Assembly (NCBI GenBank): GCA_002189035.1 | Contig: CM007991.1 | Location: 4,774,001-4,838,000 of the forward strand | DNA from: Utricularia gibba | Lineage: Eukaryota > Plantae > Magnoliophyta | Length of the DNA: 64,000 bases | Direction of reading: 5' to 3' | Shown: one piece after another, positions 13,915 to 27,203 of the stretch | Position numbering within the stretch: the first letter of the stretch is position 1 | Layout of the letters: every line of letters begins with the position of its first letter | The notes under the pieces: model-generated | What the model saw: the letters and a program-made list of their open reading frames with translations, nothing else | The model's database searches: none | What the model was told of the DNA's origin: nothing | Program-made: the position numbers and the translations under genes

Positions 13915-15137
13915 TTACGTTTCTGGAATATCCATCAGCTTGGTCACCTCCAGATTTCCTGTGAACATGTTAGCAACATTTTCATAAAAAATTTTCAAGC
14001 GATGCCCATTTACCAAAAATCCTTTCTTTGAATCTTCATCAAATATCTCCACAGCACCATTTGGAAAAATTTCCTTCACAATAAAAGGCCCTATCCATCT
14101 TGATTTCAGCTTCCCAAGATGCAATTTCAATCTGGATTGGAATAATAAGACTTTCTGGCCAATCTCGAAATTCCTCCTAGAAATATGCGCGTCATGATAA
14201 CTCTTAGTCCATGCTTTGAATAATGTTGAGCTCTCATACGCATCATTTCTCAACTCCTCCAGTTCTGAAAGCTGAAGCTTCCTGTGACTTGCACTAAGGT
14301 TCTTATACAAGTTCAACTTCTTCACAGCCCACCAGGCCTTGTGCTCAAGAGCTGTTGGTAATCTACAAGTCTTCCCATAAACCAACCGAAATGGTGAGGT
14401 CCCAATCGGGGTCTTGTATGCTGTCCGTATAGCCCAAAGTGAATCCTTTAACCTCATGCTCCAGTCCTTCTTGCTTGGGTTCACAACTTTCTCTAGAATT
14501 TGCTTGATTTCCTTGTTTGAAACTTTAGTTTGCCCATTTTTTTGTGGATGGTACGTTGTAGAAGGCATGTACCAAACATTGAAATGCTTCAAAACACTCC
14601 TTAAGACCTGATTGTAAAAATGTGTTCCCCTATCACGAATCAAGGCCTTAGGAGTTCCATATCTCATGAAGATGTTGTTGCGTAAGAAATTAATCACAGT
14701 TTTTGCATCATTAGTGTGTGTAGGGACTGCCTCAATCCATTTGGACACATAATCAACCACAACCAAAATATAATTGTAACCTGCTGACGTAGGAAATGGT
14801 CCAATAAAATCTATACCCCATACATCAAATAATTCACATACAGGGATTCTTTGCTAGGGCATTTCATTTCGGTTTGATAAATTTCCTACTCTTTGGCATG
14901 GTTCACAACCCTTGCAAAAGGCATAACAATCTTTGAAAATATGTGGCCAAAAAATCCACAATCTAGAATTTTTCTTGCATGACAAGAATCAATTATTTTT
15001 GGAATTTTATTTTCATGAACGCACCTTCGAATGATGCCATCATTGCATCTCTTCCATAAATATGGATCATCCCATATGTAGTATTTGGTATCACTCTTCA
15101 CCTTGTTCTTCGCATGATAGTCCATTCCAGGTGGCAT
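13915..15137 (-). pseudogene. Gypsy integrase (HHCC region, rve core, C-terminus), Athila B
   Basis: YYIWDDPYLWKRCNDGIIRRC; [48 protein letters not shown]. Confidence 0.92.
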
Positions 15138-15327
15138 GATAGTCCATTCCAGCTAGGAACACTAGATGCTCAATTTTCACCAAAACATCCTCAACCAATC
15201 CTTTGGGAGAGATCACTCTCCTATCCGCTAACTCAATTTGCACACCCGATGCTTGCAAATTCGACATGACATTTATAGAAGCTTCCAGGTCTGTCATAGC
15301 TCTTCTGATGCACAAATCTCCTATTTT

Positions 15328-17161
15328 TCATGGTATAAAAAATGTACCCGGATCTTTACGCTTCTCGGGTAATTTCCATGTTAAAAGTGATGAGCAACTC
15401 TCACTCAATTTCACCTTGCCCATCTCTTTCAGCTTGGGTTTTGACATACATAGCTGCTTCAAATATTTAACACTCTTGGGCACAAGATCAATATACTCCA
15501 AAAGAGTTAAATTCAATTGAGTGTTTCCCAATGATTTCAACATTTTCTCCTTCTCGGTTTGCTCATCTTTCAGCTTCAGCCTTCCTGGAAAAGGAGGCTG
15601 GGTCACCTTCACCGTGATAGGTTATGGAAGTACTTTAACTTCATCCTCACTTTGTACAACAACTTTGTACTCCTATGTTTCGTTCTCCTTAGTCTCAGGT
15701 TGGACTAATTCTTGTCTAGGCTTCTGTTTTCCACTCCTAAGTATCATGGCGCTGATGTTCGGTCCTTCACTGGAATTTGCGTGCGGCTTGGGTTGAGATG
15801 GTAGACTCCCTTTTTGTTTTAGGTCTCCAAGCTCTGCTACCAACTGACTCACTTGAACTTCCAAATTCCAGATTGCTTGTTGATTTTCAGCATGATTTTT
15901 AATTGATTGCGCCATGAAGGTCTTCAACATTTCTTCCAATGAATTTCCAGAATTCACTCCAGCATTTCCTTGATTTGGGGTTTGAAATGGCTGCTGGTTC
16001 TGTGGGTTTTGCCTTCGAAATGGAGGTACTTGATAAGATCTTTGCTCATGAAAATTCTGTTGCCCCATGGTTAAACTTTCTCCTTTATAAGAATTTTTGT
16101 TGTTGCTCCAACCAGAAAATTTGGATGATCCCTCCAACGTGGGTTGTAAGTATTTGAGTTAGGATCATTTTTCTTCCTCTGCTGGGGCTCCAAGTATCCC
16201 ATAGCCTTGACATGCTCTTCTTCAAATAAATCTGAACACTTGTCTGCAACATGCCCTGTTCTGTGACAATTTCCGCATGGCATGTTCTTAGCCTGGAATA
16301 AGAATAGCTCCTTCATCATTTTAGACATAGCAGCAACATTTTACGTGAGTTCATTCTCTGAAACCCTGGGCTTGCTCTCCACTTCATGCACTCTCTTGTT
16401 TGAGGCTTGCTTCCTGATAATATGTCTTGAATGCTCAGCCAACTCCTCAAGCAAGGAAAGAGCTTCGTTTGGTGTCTTCTTCCTTAAAAATCCTCCCGCT
16501 GCCGAATCTACCATGGCTCGACAAGTGCATAACAATCCATCATAGGAATACTTGACCAAGGCATTGGTGTGAGAACCATGGTGTGGGCAGGAGCCCAAAA
16601 GATGATTAACTCTCTCCCAATATTCGTGCAATGATTCTCTACTCATTTCCTTAACATCACTAATTTCTTTTCTAATTTCTTCAGCCTTGGAAGCTGGAAA
16701 ATATTTACTCAAAAACACCTTCTTCATTCTGGCCCAATCAGTTATGCTGTTTTGGCTCCTCCTTCCAAATTAAATTGGAAAGCTCTTAAACAAATTGAAT
16801 CTTCAATCATTCTAGCTCCCTTGAATGAGGTACATACTGCCGTCACATTATCTTGATGCTCATGGGAGTTTTCTCTAATTTTTCCAAAGAACTTGGGCTA
16901 AAAATTGATCATTGCTGGTTTCAACTAGTTTGCTCCATCCTTTGGAAATCTGATGCACAGACCCCTGTAAGTGTGATCAGTAGCATCTAATTCGTTCAAG
17001 GTCTTCTCAGGTTCAGCCATTCTAAAAATGCTATTGGTCTCGGGTAGGAGCAGCTTCGATTTGTTTGCCTTCCTCACTCTTACCCTGTTCTTGCTTATAG
17101 CTCTCACGATTTCTGGGTAAAAAGCAAGATAACCTGCACCAGAAAAATGTAAATGCATCAA
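15328..17161 (-). pseudogene. Athila gag, disrupted
   Basis: FYPEIVR..MAEPEKTLNEL..CIRFP; KKVFLSKYFPASKAEEIRKEI..ESLHEYWER; KLPEKRKDPGTF. Confidence 0.9.
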
Positions 17162-17189
17162 TTAAAAACACTAAACAATTAGACACCGC

Positions 17190-17207
17190 TCCCCGGCAAC
17201 AGCATCA
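17190..17207 (-). other. Primer-binding site, tRNA-Asp type, degenerate
   Basis: Minus TGATGCTGTTGCCGGGGA vs Athila consensus TGGCGCCGTTGCCGGGGA (3 transition mismatches), 3 nt after the LTR end TTATCA. Confidence 0.85.
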
Positions 17208-17309
17208 CTTTGATAAACAGAAATTTTAGCATATCGTTGCAATGAAAGCAAACTTCCAAATCAAATAAATTTATAGTCCCTAATCTACACAAAACACAAA
17301 TTTAGAAAA

Positions 17310-18426
17310 GGACTGCACTCAAGAGCATTGGACTGCACTCAAGAGCATTCTTAAGTACTTAACAAGGACATAAGACATGTTCCTTATTTATGGTGGTCAA
17401 GATCTCGAAATGGGAGAATATGTTTCCAATCTCATTTGACTTGACGTCTCAATCAAGATACATATTCATCCAAAATGGAGGTGCAGTCACATAGAAAAGT
17501 TCTAAACAAGACTGCTCATTCACAATGGAACTAAGATGTCCATGGAGTCCATTGGTATAGGATATATGATTTATTGGCTATAGTACAAGTGGGAGATTGT
17601 TGGTGTATGTGTTCTAGAGACAATCAATTCATTGACAAATCTTATCCTTTGATGTTTACCTTGAATTGTGATCAAATTTATATCACTGATAAAATCCTCT
17701 ACTTGATCTATGTGTTATAGAAATTATGATAAGATCATAATGTGAGATTCTTCAAGCACTTATAGTCAAGTTAAAAACTCCCTGGCTAGAGTATTTGTAA
17801 AATGAGGATATCACAAATACGGATAAGCTGGCACACATTAAGTTCCCTAAACTGTTTAGGCAATGGTTCCCACAATTGATGTAATGAGATTACTAGAACC
17901 TATGTGTGGGTGTCGACTTGAGAATCAATTTATTGCATGACTCATCTTCGAGATGCTACTATGGGAAGCGAACCAAGTGTTAGTAGCAAGATCTCGAATA
18001 TGACAGCCATGCAAGTAAGCTTAGACTTGAGGTCAACAAAGTTATCTTGATCTTAAGCTCACATTTTTGCTCATTACTAATGGGAGCCTAACCATGGCTT
18101 GCCTAGTATGGATGAGTAGGGATGTGACTCCTTAAGGTTGGAGATAGTTGATTGATCAATAAAGGATTCATCACTCATGTTAGCGATGAGATGATATCTC
18201 AAGTAATTGCATCAATAGTTGATTGACTCCAGTAAGTCCTAGGCCCAGGGTAATGACACTCGAATTGTTTGAGTACGTCATTGAGTGTTAGTGCTTGAAT
18301 GCAATTATAAGTTCGATACATCAGAAAGACACACACCCATGTTCTAGTATCGAATGAGATATAAGTATGATGAAAGCTGTTCATTGCATGGTGGCTGGTC
18401 ATGGAAAGGCTCAATCAGTTCACCTG
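17310..18426 (+). mobile_element. Angela-like copia 3' fragment 2: RT end, deleted RNase H, PPT, truncated LTR (17598-18426)
   Basis: HWTALKSILKYL..DMFLIYGG..NGGAV; LTR roughly 90% or more identical to 12334-13153 by eye. Confidence 0.88.
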
Positions 18427-21400
18427 CAATTCACCTGGTAACGGGAATTGAGAACATACCAGGATCCTTACATTTACGTGGCCTTCTCCTTTGAATGATA
18501 GCTGAAATGTTTTCAGTCAAAGGGATTACTTCTTGTTCCACCTTTGCTTTCTTTTTCGTATCACACAGGTCCTCCAGCAACTTGGCATACTTGGGGGCCT
18601 GTTCAATCATATTAAGAAGAGCAATAGAAACATTAACCTTCTTTATCATTTCCAAAAAAGTTTTCAATCCTTTCTTGTACTTGTTCCTTCTTCGAAGCCT
18701 CATCGGGAAGGGTGGTAGTATGACCAGTGGCTTGGTCTGAGGAATTTCGCTTGACTCCTTCTCTTGAACATCTTCGAGTGGCTTCAGAACATCATTGTTC
18801 TGCACTGGTTAGTCATCTTGATCCTCACCAATGATTTCTTCATCAACATCAGAATCACTGTCTATGACCTCCAACTCCTTTTCTTCCGACCTATCCACCT
18901 TGTTTGTGAACCATGGTTAAGGGTCTGGTAAGTCAGTTCCACTTCTCAGCGAGATGGCATTGATGTGCTCTGAATTCTACACTAGCTGTGATGGCAATCC
19001 TCCCCTTATTTCCAAGCAGTTCATTGTTTGCGCGAGCTGAGTAATCTAGCCTTGAATACTTGTGATTTGGCCCTTCATGTCCTTATGCTCAGCATGCATC
19101 TTGGAGGTGCTTTCAGCAAGTGATTTTACCATGGCCTCTAAACTATGATTCGGTTGGTACGGGACCATGTGTTATTCTAGAGGTCATGTTATCTACAATG
19201 GTTGAGGTGGTCCAGTGATAGTCTTCTTAGGAATACCAGGTGGGTTCCCTAATGATGGTGCTGGCTGTCTCCAGCGAACACTAGGATGGTCTCTTCGAGG
19301 CATCTGATAATTTCCATAGTTGTACGTCCCTCCTTGGTTCTTATAAAAAGCATTGATTTCTTCCATTGGCATTTCAGGAACTCTCGATCCAGAGTCAAAG
19401 TGAGATGGCAAAGCACTTGAGGTTCCTTGATAACCTTCCTTTTGTTGAAGCAAGGCTTGAAGACAAAACTTCAACGTGTCACTCATTGCTGCAAGTTGAG
19501 CCAATATTTCTGAGTTGTCCACTCCATAGACCACTTTTGCTGTTCCAATGTTTCCACTAGGTGATCTATGCGAGTTGTCATAACGATTGGCTGTGGAATA
19601 GGAATTAGCAACCATTTGTTCAATGAGTTTGTGGGCATCAACACTGTGATGGTTCGCTAATAATGATCTATTACAAGCGGCATCCATCTGTCCTCGGATC
19701 ATAGGAGTCAATCCTTCATAGAAGTGCTGCAAGATCTGGCCTTCAGTCAATCCATGCTGAGGGTAGGAGTTGCAGATTCGATTGAAACGATCATAGTACT
19801 CTTGCAAGTTTTCTCCTTCGCTCTGCATCATGGTTGTTAAGACTCTCCGTCCGGCTGAGCTCTTCCTAATGGTGCATTGCGATCCAAAAACCTTTGAACC
19901 ATCTGCTCCCAAGTTACGATAGATGAAGGTGGAAGACCATAGAGCCACTCCACACCTTGTTCAGTAAGACTGAAGGGAAATATTCTAAGTTTGACCTGAT
20001 TCTCCGTGGCTCCCTTGTTCAATAAGACGACGATAGGGGTCGTCATTTTTCCCTTCCATCAAACTTTAGAAGCATCTGGAATAAGTAAGGACGTAGCTTA
20101 TAGTCTTCTTCTGCATCAAAGATGACGCATAAGGGACGGTCTGAATGATTTGCAGTGATTTCTTCCTAGATGGTCCGTAGTGCTAGTCCACGATTAGCGG
20201 GAAGTAGTTGTTGGGTTTCTCTTAGACATCGTACGTCTCAAAAGTAGCGGAATTTTAAAATTTTGAGAAACCCCAAACGCAGATCTTGGAATACGGTATA
20301 CATCCGACGAAGGGATGTTCAAAGTATATTTCAGATGACTCCATTGTTCACCAACCGCCATTAGGAGACGACCTCTATGGTATCCACACGTGGAGCACTC
20401 CGTTGATAACCTTCTCAAGGCTCTTGAATGCTGGTCAAATTTCTTAGGTGCTAGTAGAGAAAAACGCCTCCTTGTGGATTAGTGTTAGAGAGCACGAAGT
20501 CCTTGGAGCAGATCTCAAGATCTAAATCTTTTTGATAGATATTTTGTGACATATCAAATCATATCTATATGAGATCTTTTATTTTGAGTTTAATCAATAT
20601 TAATCTCAAAATAATTCTTTATTTAATTTATCCACTTTACCAATTACATCTCATATAATTGTGTCATTCTATTTTATATCGATGAGTGACTCCACTATTG
20701 TGTGTGACCGTATAGGCTTCCTCAATCAAGGCCGTAATAATGGATTTATTAATTAAATCTTAATTAATCAAATCAATCATTATCGATAATGAGTGATGTC
20801 TAGCAACATATCATGATCCCCAAGATTAAAGAATAATCAGGTGAACTGATTGAGCCTTTCCATGACCAGCCACCATGCAGTGAACAGCTTTCATCATACT
20901 TATATCTCATTCGGTACCAAAACATGGGTGTGTGTCTTTCTGATATATCGAACTTATAATTGCATTCAAGCACTAACACTCAATGAACTACTCAAACAAT
21001 TCGAGTGTCATTACCCTAGGCGTAGGACTTACTGTTAGGCTTTGATGCAACTACTTGAGATATGATCTCATCGCTAACATGAGTGATGAATCCATTATTG
21101 ATCAATCAACTATCTCCAACCTTAAGGAGTCACATCCCTACTCATCCATACTAGGCAAGCCATGGTTAGGGTCCCATTAGTAATGAGCGAAAATGTGAGC
21201 TTAAGATCAAGATAACTTTCTTGACCTCAAGTCTAAGCTTACTTGCACGGCTTACATATTCGAGATCTTGCTACTGACACTTGGTTAGCTTCCCATAGTA
21301 GCATCTCGAAGATGAGTCATCCAGTGAATCGATTCTCTAATCGACACCCACACATAGGTTCTAGTAATCTCATTACGTCAATTGTGAGAGCCAATGCCTA

Positions 21401-22781
21401 AACAGTTTAGGGAACTCACTGTGTGCAAGCTTATCCGTATTTGTGATATCCTCATTTCACAAACACTCTAGCCAGGGAATTTTTAACTTGAACATAAATG
21501 CTTGAAGAATCTAACATTATGATCTCATCATAATTTCTATAGCACATAGATCAAGTTGAGGATTTTATCAATGATGTAAACTTGATCACAATTCAAGGTA
21601 AACATCAAAGGATAAGATTTGTCAATGAATTGATTATCTCTAGAACACATACACCAACAGTACTTGATTGTGTGCCAAAGAATTGATTCGATAAGGTTTG
21701 GAATGCTGTCCAGCTATGTTAGTTGCGTCTTCACTCATCTCTGGTCTTCTCGAGTATTCGGTTATAGGAGTAAGGAATTGCCTACCCTCCCTTACACTCT
21801 CTTGCAAGAAGGCATGGAAATAGCCCAATGTTGCTCTTCCTTGGACGTATGTGAGAATAAGTGGTCCTGCCAGCGTACCCTCACAGCCGAATTGCGCGCG
21901 TGTGGTCGAGTGTTGCCAATGACCCAATGAGTCCAAATACGAGGTCACTACCTGTCCATTGATCCTGAGGTACGGCCATAGAGAAAACATAGTTTTACTC
22001 CTGCCAAAAGGGCGTGAGTTGGTGCTCTCCACCTTGCTCCTCTCCAAAACTCGTGGAAATTGATCAGCTAACCATGAATCTTGAATAAGGGGATTGTTAC
22101 AGAAAGATTGCAACATAGTCGTGTGAAGACATATGAAATCCGTTCGGATTCAAAGAAGAGATGAGGATAAGCTAACGAAACATAGATCTGGAGGTGTTCC
22201 AACCCAGAAACGAAAGTTTCTAACCCTGAACGGCCATACAAACTAAAGAAAACGAAACAAGGTTCTAGAGAGAAGCTAGAGGAAAATCCTCTACAGAGAG
22301 AAACAAAAAGGGAAAACTAAACTAACTACTGCTTGTCTCACGTTTGAACAGAACTGAACTTTAATGAGAGTCTGAGATTTCGTGTTCCTGTGGTTCTGCT
22401 GAACTTGGGATGACTTGCAAGCAACGTCTGCTCTGACACTGGAACGCTAATAATGTTGCTTGTCAGAGACTCCCGTGTTCCGCACGTCAAGGCTCATGAT
22501 TAGGCATCTGCAGTCTTTCGAAAATCAAGGGAATGTCAGCTCGGGAAGATTCAATTTGTCGCCATCTGAAACCTTTTTTCTCTCACTTCCTGCCACGTGT
22601 GCACCTCTAGAAAAACTCAATTAAAACTAACAAAATTATTAGATAAAACACAAGATTTAGGATAATTACCCTAAACTAGATAAAAACCTAAATCTCATAT
22701 TATAGATTTCTAATTACACACTTTTAATCATATTTAGACATAAAAACAACTTAAGAAATAATAAGAAAATGACAATTATCA
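18427..22781 (-). mobile_element. Athila-type element C2: 5' LTR (21690-22781) and gag only, interrupted by a solo LTR
   Basis: LTR start TGATAATTGTCATTTTCT resembles 31466 TGTTAAGTGTCATTTTCT; gag QVKLRIFPFSLT..EWLYGLPPSSI..QSEGENLQEYY homologous to 33280-34800; LTR end and PBS are deleted. Confidence 0.85.
20209..21659 (-). mobile_element. Angela-like solo LTR (1451 bp) with 5-bp TSD
   Basis: Reverse complement of 12334-13726; TG..CA ends; flanks GTAGT (20204-20208) and GTACT (21660-21664), 4/5 match. Confidence 0.9.
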
Positions 22782-22809
22782 TATATATAGATTATTTATC
22801 GATTATAAT

Positions 22810-25800
22810 AATAACTAAAAGAAAAGAAATCACTTAATTATTATCAAAGTTGCATTTATTGAATGACCAGGATAGGATCACACGCATATATATTGCTCCA
22901 AGACGTAAAAACAAAATTGCGTTTATTTTGCATCACGTTTTTGAGGAGCTCATTCAAGACTTGCTGCAACTATAATAATTCAATAGAGAATGAGAGCGTT
23001 GGTTTCATCTCCTAGGGATAGGAAAAACCAAATGAGAAATTTTCTTCGTTTGCAAATCACTCATATAAACGTAGTAGTTGAGAAGGGGGAGTATTACACC
23101 AAATTACTACGTGACCTACGGATAAGCAAATTGTTTCTTAATCGTAAAATATTGTCCTAATTGGAATTGTGTTTAAATAATTTCTAATGAAATAAATGAA
23201 CGGAAGTAGAATGTAAAGAATATACCGAACTCATTTAAATGGTGTTCCTTGAGAATGAAATCCACGAAGATCGAATCAAAATTTATAAAAAAAAGCAATA
23301 TGTTGTAGTCAAAATGACTGACTACATGAAAGAAAAATATATTTGTTTGACTGCATGGTGTAGTCAAAAATATGTTGTAGTCAAAATTTATAAAAAATAT
23401 ATTTTTTATTATGACAACAACCTCAATATTTTTGGATTGGGCTTTGTTTGACAGATTTATGTTGCAGTTTGGATTGGACGTCTGATTAGAGATTTTTAGC
23501 AAAATAGATTTATGCGAAATTTTTTTGGTCAAATAGCTCTATAAACTATTATCATTAGCAAAATAATTATCTTTTGTGTGTTTATTTTCTAAATAGTCAT
23601 CTTTTTCATTATAATATAGGTTATTTTATTTTACACAATAAAGATAACTAATTATATATATAATTATATAATTCAAATACAAGCTTAACTGCACATATCT
23701 AAATTTAATTAAAATAATGTGCGTACGTCACTTGAGATCATAGCATTAAAAATATACTAAATTGAATCATATAGTTAAATCCGAATTCTAATGAATTTTA
23801 TAGTAAATGATATGCACAAATAATTTCCATATATATTTTGGAATTTTTTTAAATATCCAAATATACCTTATGCATAACTGTTCTCGCATACATAAGCTAT
23901 ATCCATATCCATACACAATTATACAAGCATTATTTATGCTTCAGTGACATTCGTATATCTAACAAAAAAATATAAGAATGCTGCTTGTGTGATATATCTT
24001 AAAATTATACAAAAACAAAATGTATCTAAAATACATATGAGCATTATTTATGCAAAAGCTAGGTTTAGATATAAAAAAATTCTAAAACATATAGGTTTCG
24101 TTTGGTACGATTGTTTAGTTTACAATTTGTTAAGATTATTATTGTTTAAATAAACATACATCTGTTATTTAGATTAAATATGCATTTTGTAACATTATAT
24201 CTAAATATAAATATTTATAATATTTTGTGTTTGGCAAATTGATGTTAAATAAATGATTTTATGAAAATTGTCCAAAATATCAAAAGAAGATGAATTAAAA
24301 CTAACTTGGAACACTTGCTTTCGGACTCTTGACACTTCTTAGACTTAGAACTTTTGATGCTTCCTCTCCACCCAAAAAAGGAAGAACACCTTAGCTTTTC
24401 ATTTTTGTTTTCAGTTTTCATGGTCATTTGTGACTAAACTTTTGTAGTTTTTAGGAATAAATAAAATTTTCTTCCACGTCTTGAGCATCAATCTCAACTC
24501 TTTACATAAATCCTTCAGGATTTTACATATTTCCACGCGTCTTGTTGCAATCTTTCTATAATGTCTTCTAGTCATATTCCATGAGCAACAAGCCATTCCT
24601 AGCAGATTTTGATGAAGAGCAAGGTGAAGAGCACCATTTCCAACCCTACCGGTTCAAGGGAAGTAACAAATTCTTTGTGACCGAGGTACCTTGACAATGG
24701 ACAGTTAGTGACCTCATATCTCATTGGTTATTGGCAACAACTGGGCACACGTGCAGAATTCGGTTGTTAGCGTGAACTATAAAAGTTATCAATAACATTG
24801 ATTAAATGAAGGATTGACTCCAGTGTAGAGAGTAGACCACAACAATTAGGAATTAACCATAAAAAGTATGGAATCCACTAATTGTTTATCCATTAAATTT
24901 CCAATTAACTTGTGTTTGGTATTGAATTATGCTTTTGACACCTGGTCAAATAAAATACCTAATGAATCGTTGTTGAGAGTTAGTTATAGCAGCCAATGCC
25001 ATTGGAATTTATCGACCCTAATAATAACTAAAAAAAGAAGAAATCAATTAGTTATTATCAAAGTTGTATTTATTCAATGACCAGGGTAGGATTACATGCG
25101 CATATATTGCTCGAAGATGCAAAAACAAAAATGCATTTATTTGCATAATGCTTTTGAGGAGCCCATTCAAGAGTTAGTGAAAGTGTAATTCAACAGAAAA
25201 TGAGAGCTTTGGTTTCATTTCATAGCAATAGAGAAAAGCGAATGAGAAATGTATTACTACATGATCTATAGAAAAAGTAATTGAGAGAAGGGGGGGGGGG
25301 GGATTATATGGTTATAGCAAATTATACATGATCTATAGAAAAAGTAAATTGTTTCTTAATCGTAAAATATTATCCTAATTGGAGTTGTCTTTATATGATT
25401 TTTAATGAAATAAAAAAAAAGGAAGTAGATTGTAAAATTATGCCAACTCATTTAAATGGAGTTCATTGAGACTAAAGTATACTAAGGTAGTCAAAATGAC
25501 TGACCGCATTGAAGACAAAAATATTTTTTTCACCAATTGACATTGATTTCGGATAAGACTTATTATTAGAGTTTTTATCAAATAGACATACGAAAAATAA
25601 CTTGGTCAAATAGCAAAATAATAATCTTTTGTGTGTTTGGTTACTAGATAGCCATATTTTTCTCTATATTATATGGCACTGTATTTTATAAAATAAAAAT
25701 AAATAATTGTATTATAAAAAAATAAATACATTATCCAAATAAAAAATTAACTTTAAATTTAATTAAAAATCCCACTAATTAAAATATAAATGTATGTACA

Positions 25801-25905
25801 TGTAAGTCACTTGGGATCATAGCATTAAAAATACTAAATGGAATCATATATTAAAATCCTAAATGTAATGAATTTTATAGTAAATGATGATTATGCATAA
25901 ATAAT
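22810..25905. repeat. Diverged direct duplication: ~22810-23825 and ~25020-25905
   Basis: Colinear blocks such as AAGAAATCA.TTA.TTATTATCAAAGTTG.ATTTATT.AATGACCAGG.TAGGAT, TTGGTCAAATAGC and GTCACTTG.GATCATAGCATTAAAAATA occur in both; roughly 75-80% identity by eye. Confidence 0.8.
24290..24775 (+). mobile_element. Internal fragment of a family-C Athila LTR
   Basis: Aligns to 31900-32330 (TTCCACGC.TCTTGTTGCA.TCTTTCTATAA..CAAGGTGAA.AGCACCA). Confidence 0.8.
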
Positions 25906-27203
25906 AGACGAATGTTACAACAACATTAAACTTGTCCTTAATTCCAAACTAAGAACAACATGTGTTAAAGAGTTACAGAATTTCATAAATAGTAATAAGA
26001 ATGCTTAACATTCTTGGGTTACCACTTAAACATTCGTAGGAGTTTCATTTCAAAGAGTGTTTTCAAAGATTAAATAAACAAACTTAACATACCTTGACCC
26101 TTGAGAGAGTAGTGGTTGCTACTTATTTTCCTCTTCTTTTTTTCCTCTCTCCTTTCTCATTACTTAACACAAGCTCTTTTCAAAACGTAGGGACTCATTG
26201 GATTTCTATGATGATGCTTTTTTGACCCTCAATTTCATAATTATAAAATATTAGCTTGACAACCAGTCTCCCATGAGAAGAAAAAGATATGCTAGTTCAC
26301 ATAAAGATGATCTTGAATGCACAAATCCGATTACATTGCACATGTTGCTCTCTCATGTAAATGAGCATGTCAAAATTCATGCTCACTGGTATATAGATGA
26401 GTATAACAAAATTCATGCATTCTTCACATTATAAAAAACATTGCACGCATGTATCAAAATCCTTTGAATAACTTGCAAAATACTCCTAATTGTAACAGTA
26501 TGGACTACTTAATATTCATTGAACCAGAAAGGACACAAACAAAATAAAAAAATAAAAATAATGTAAAAACGATAGCAGCAGTTGGTTACGTGACTAGGGA
26601 GTAGTCCTTCACTCTCTATTTCAGTTCCTTGACTTCTTATTGAAGCAGCATAAATGGTATCAAATTTCTAAGAAAATAATTGAAAATACCAAGCAATAAG
26701 TATCTTAATGAATCTAAAAAAAATGATAAAAGCCCAGTAAAAATTACTTAATTTTCGAGATTCCATTAGAGTATCTCCAATGGTTTTCACGGAAGCTTAC
26801 ATGACACTTTCATTTTGGTTATTAAATTTTTGGAAATCATTGTGTAGATGTAGTTTTGTTTACAGATTTTCGTAGAATGGATATTTCATTTCTATTATGG
26901 AAATACATTAAACTAGACACCAAAAGAGGGCGCCATCTTTTTTTACTACCCTTCCATCAACAAATCCGTGTGTAATAGTAGCCTTTATTTGCTGCCCTTC
27001 CATCAACAAATCTCTGCAAAATCGTATCCTATATTTTCTTATGATGTGATGACGCGTATCGCTGTTGCTCCTCTGCTTTGTCTAGAATTGGGGATTGATG
27101 TTTCTTATGATGAGTATAATCAATTACATGAATTTCTCTGATATAGCTTTTGGGTAATCGAGGGTATTAATGTTTAGATAAATTTGATTGTGCCTTTTTA
27201 TAG

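Larger units (their letters stand above)
9703..17309 (-). mobile_element. Athila-type Ty3/gypsy element B lacking RT and RNase H, interrupted by a copia fragment
   Basis: 5' LTR stub 17211-17309; degenerate tRNA-Asp PBS; gag 15330-17160; protease ~15150-15310 joined to integrase 13915-15140; GGGAGGCAACCC motif after pol; Athila-like 3' UTR 11105-11900; 3' LTR 9703-11104. Confidence 0.8.
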
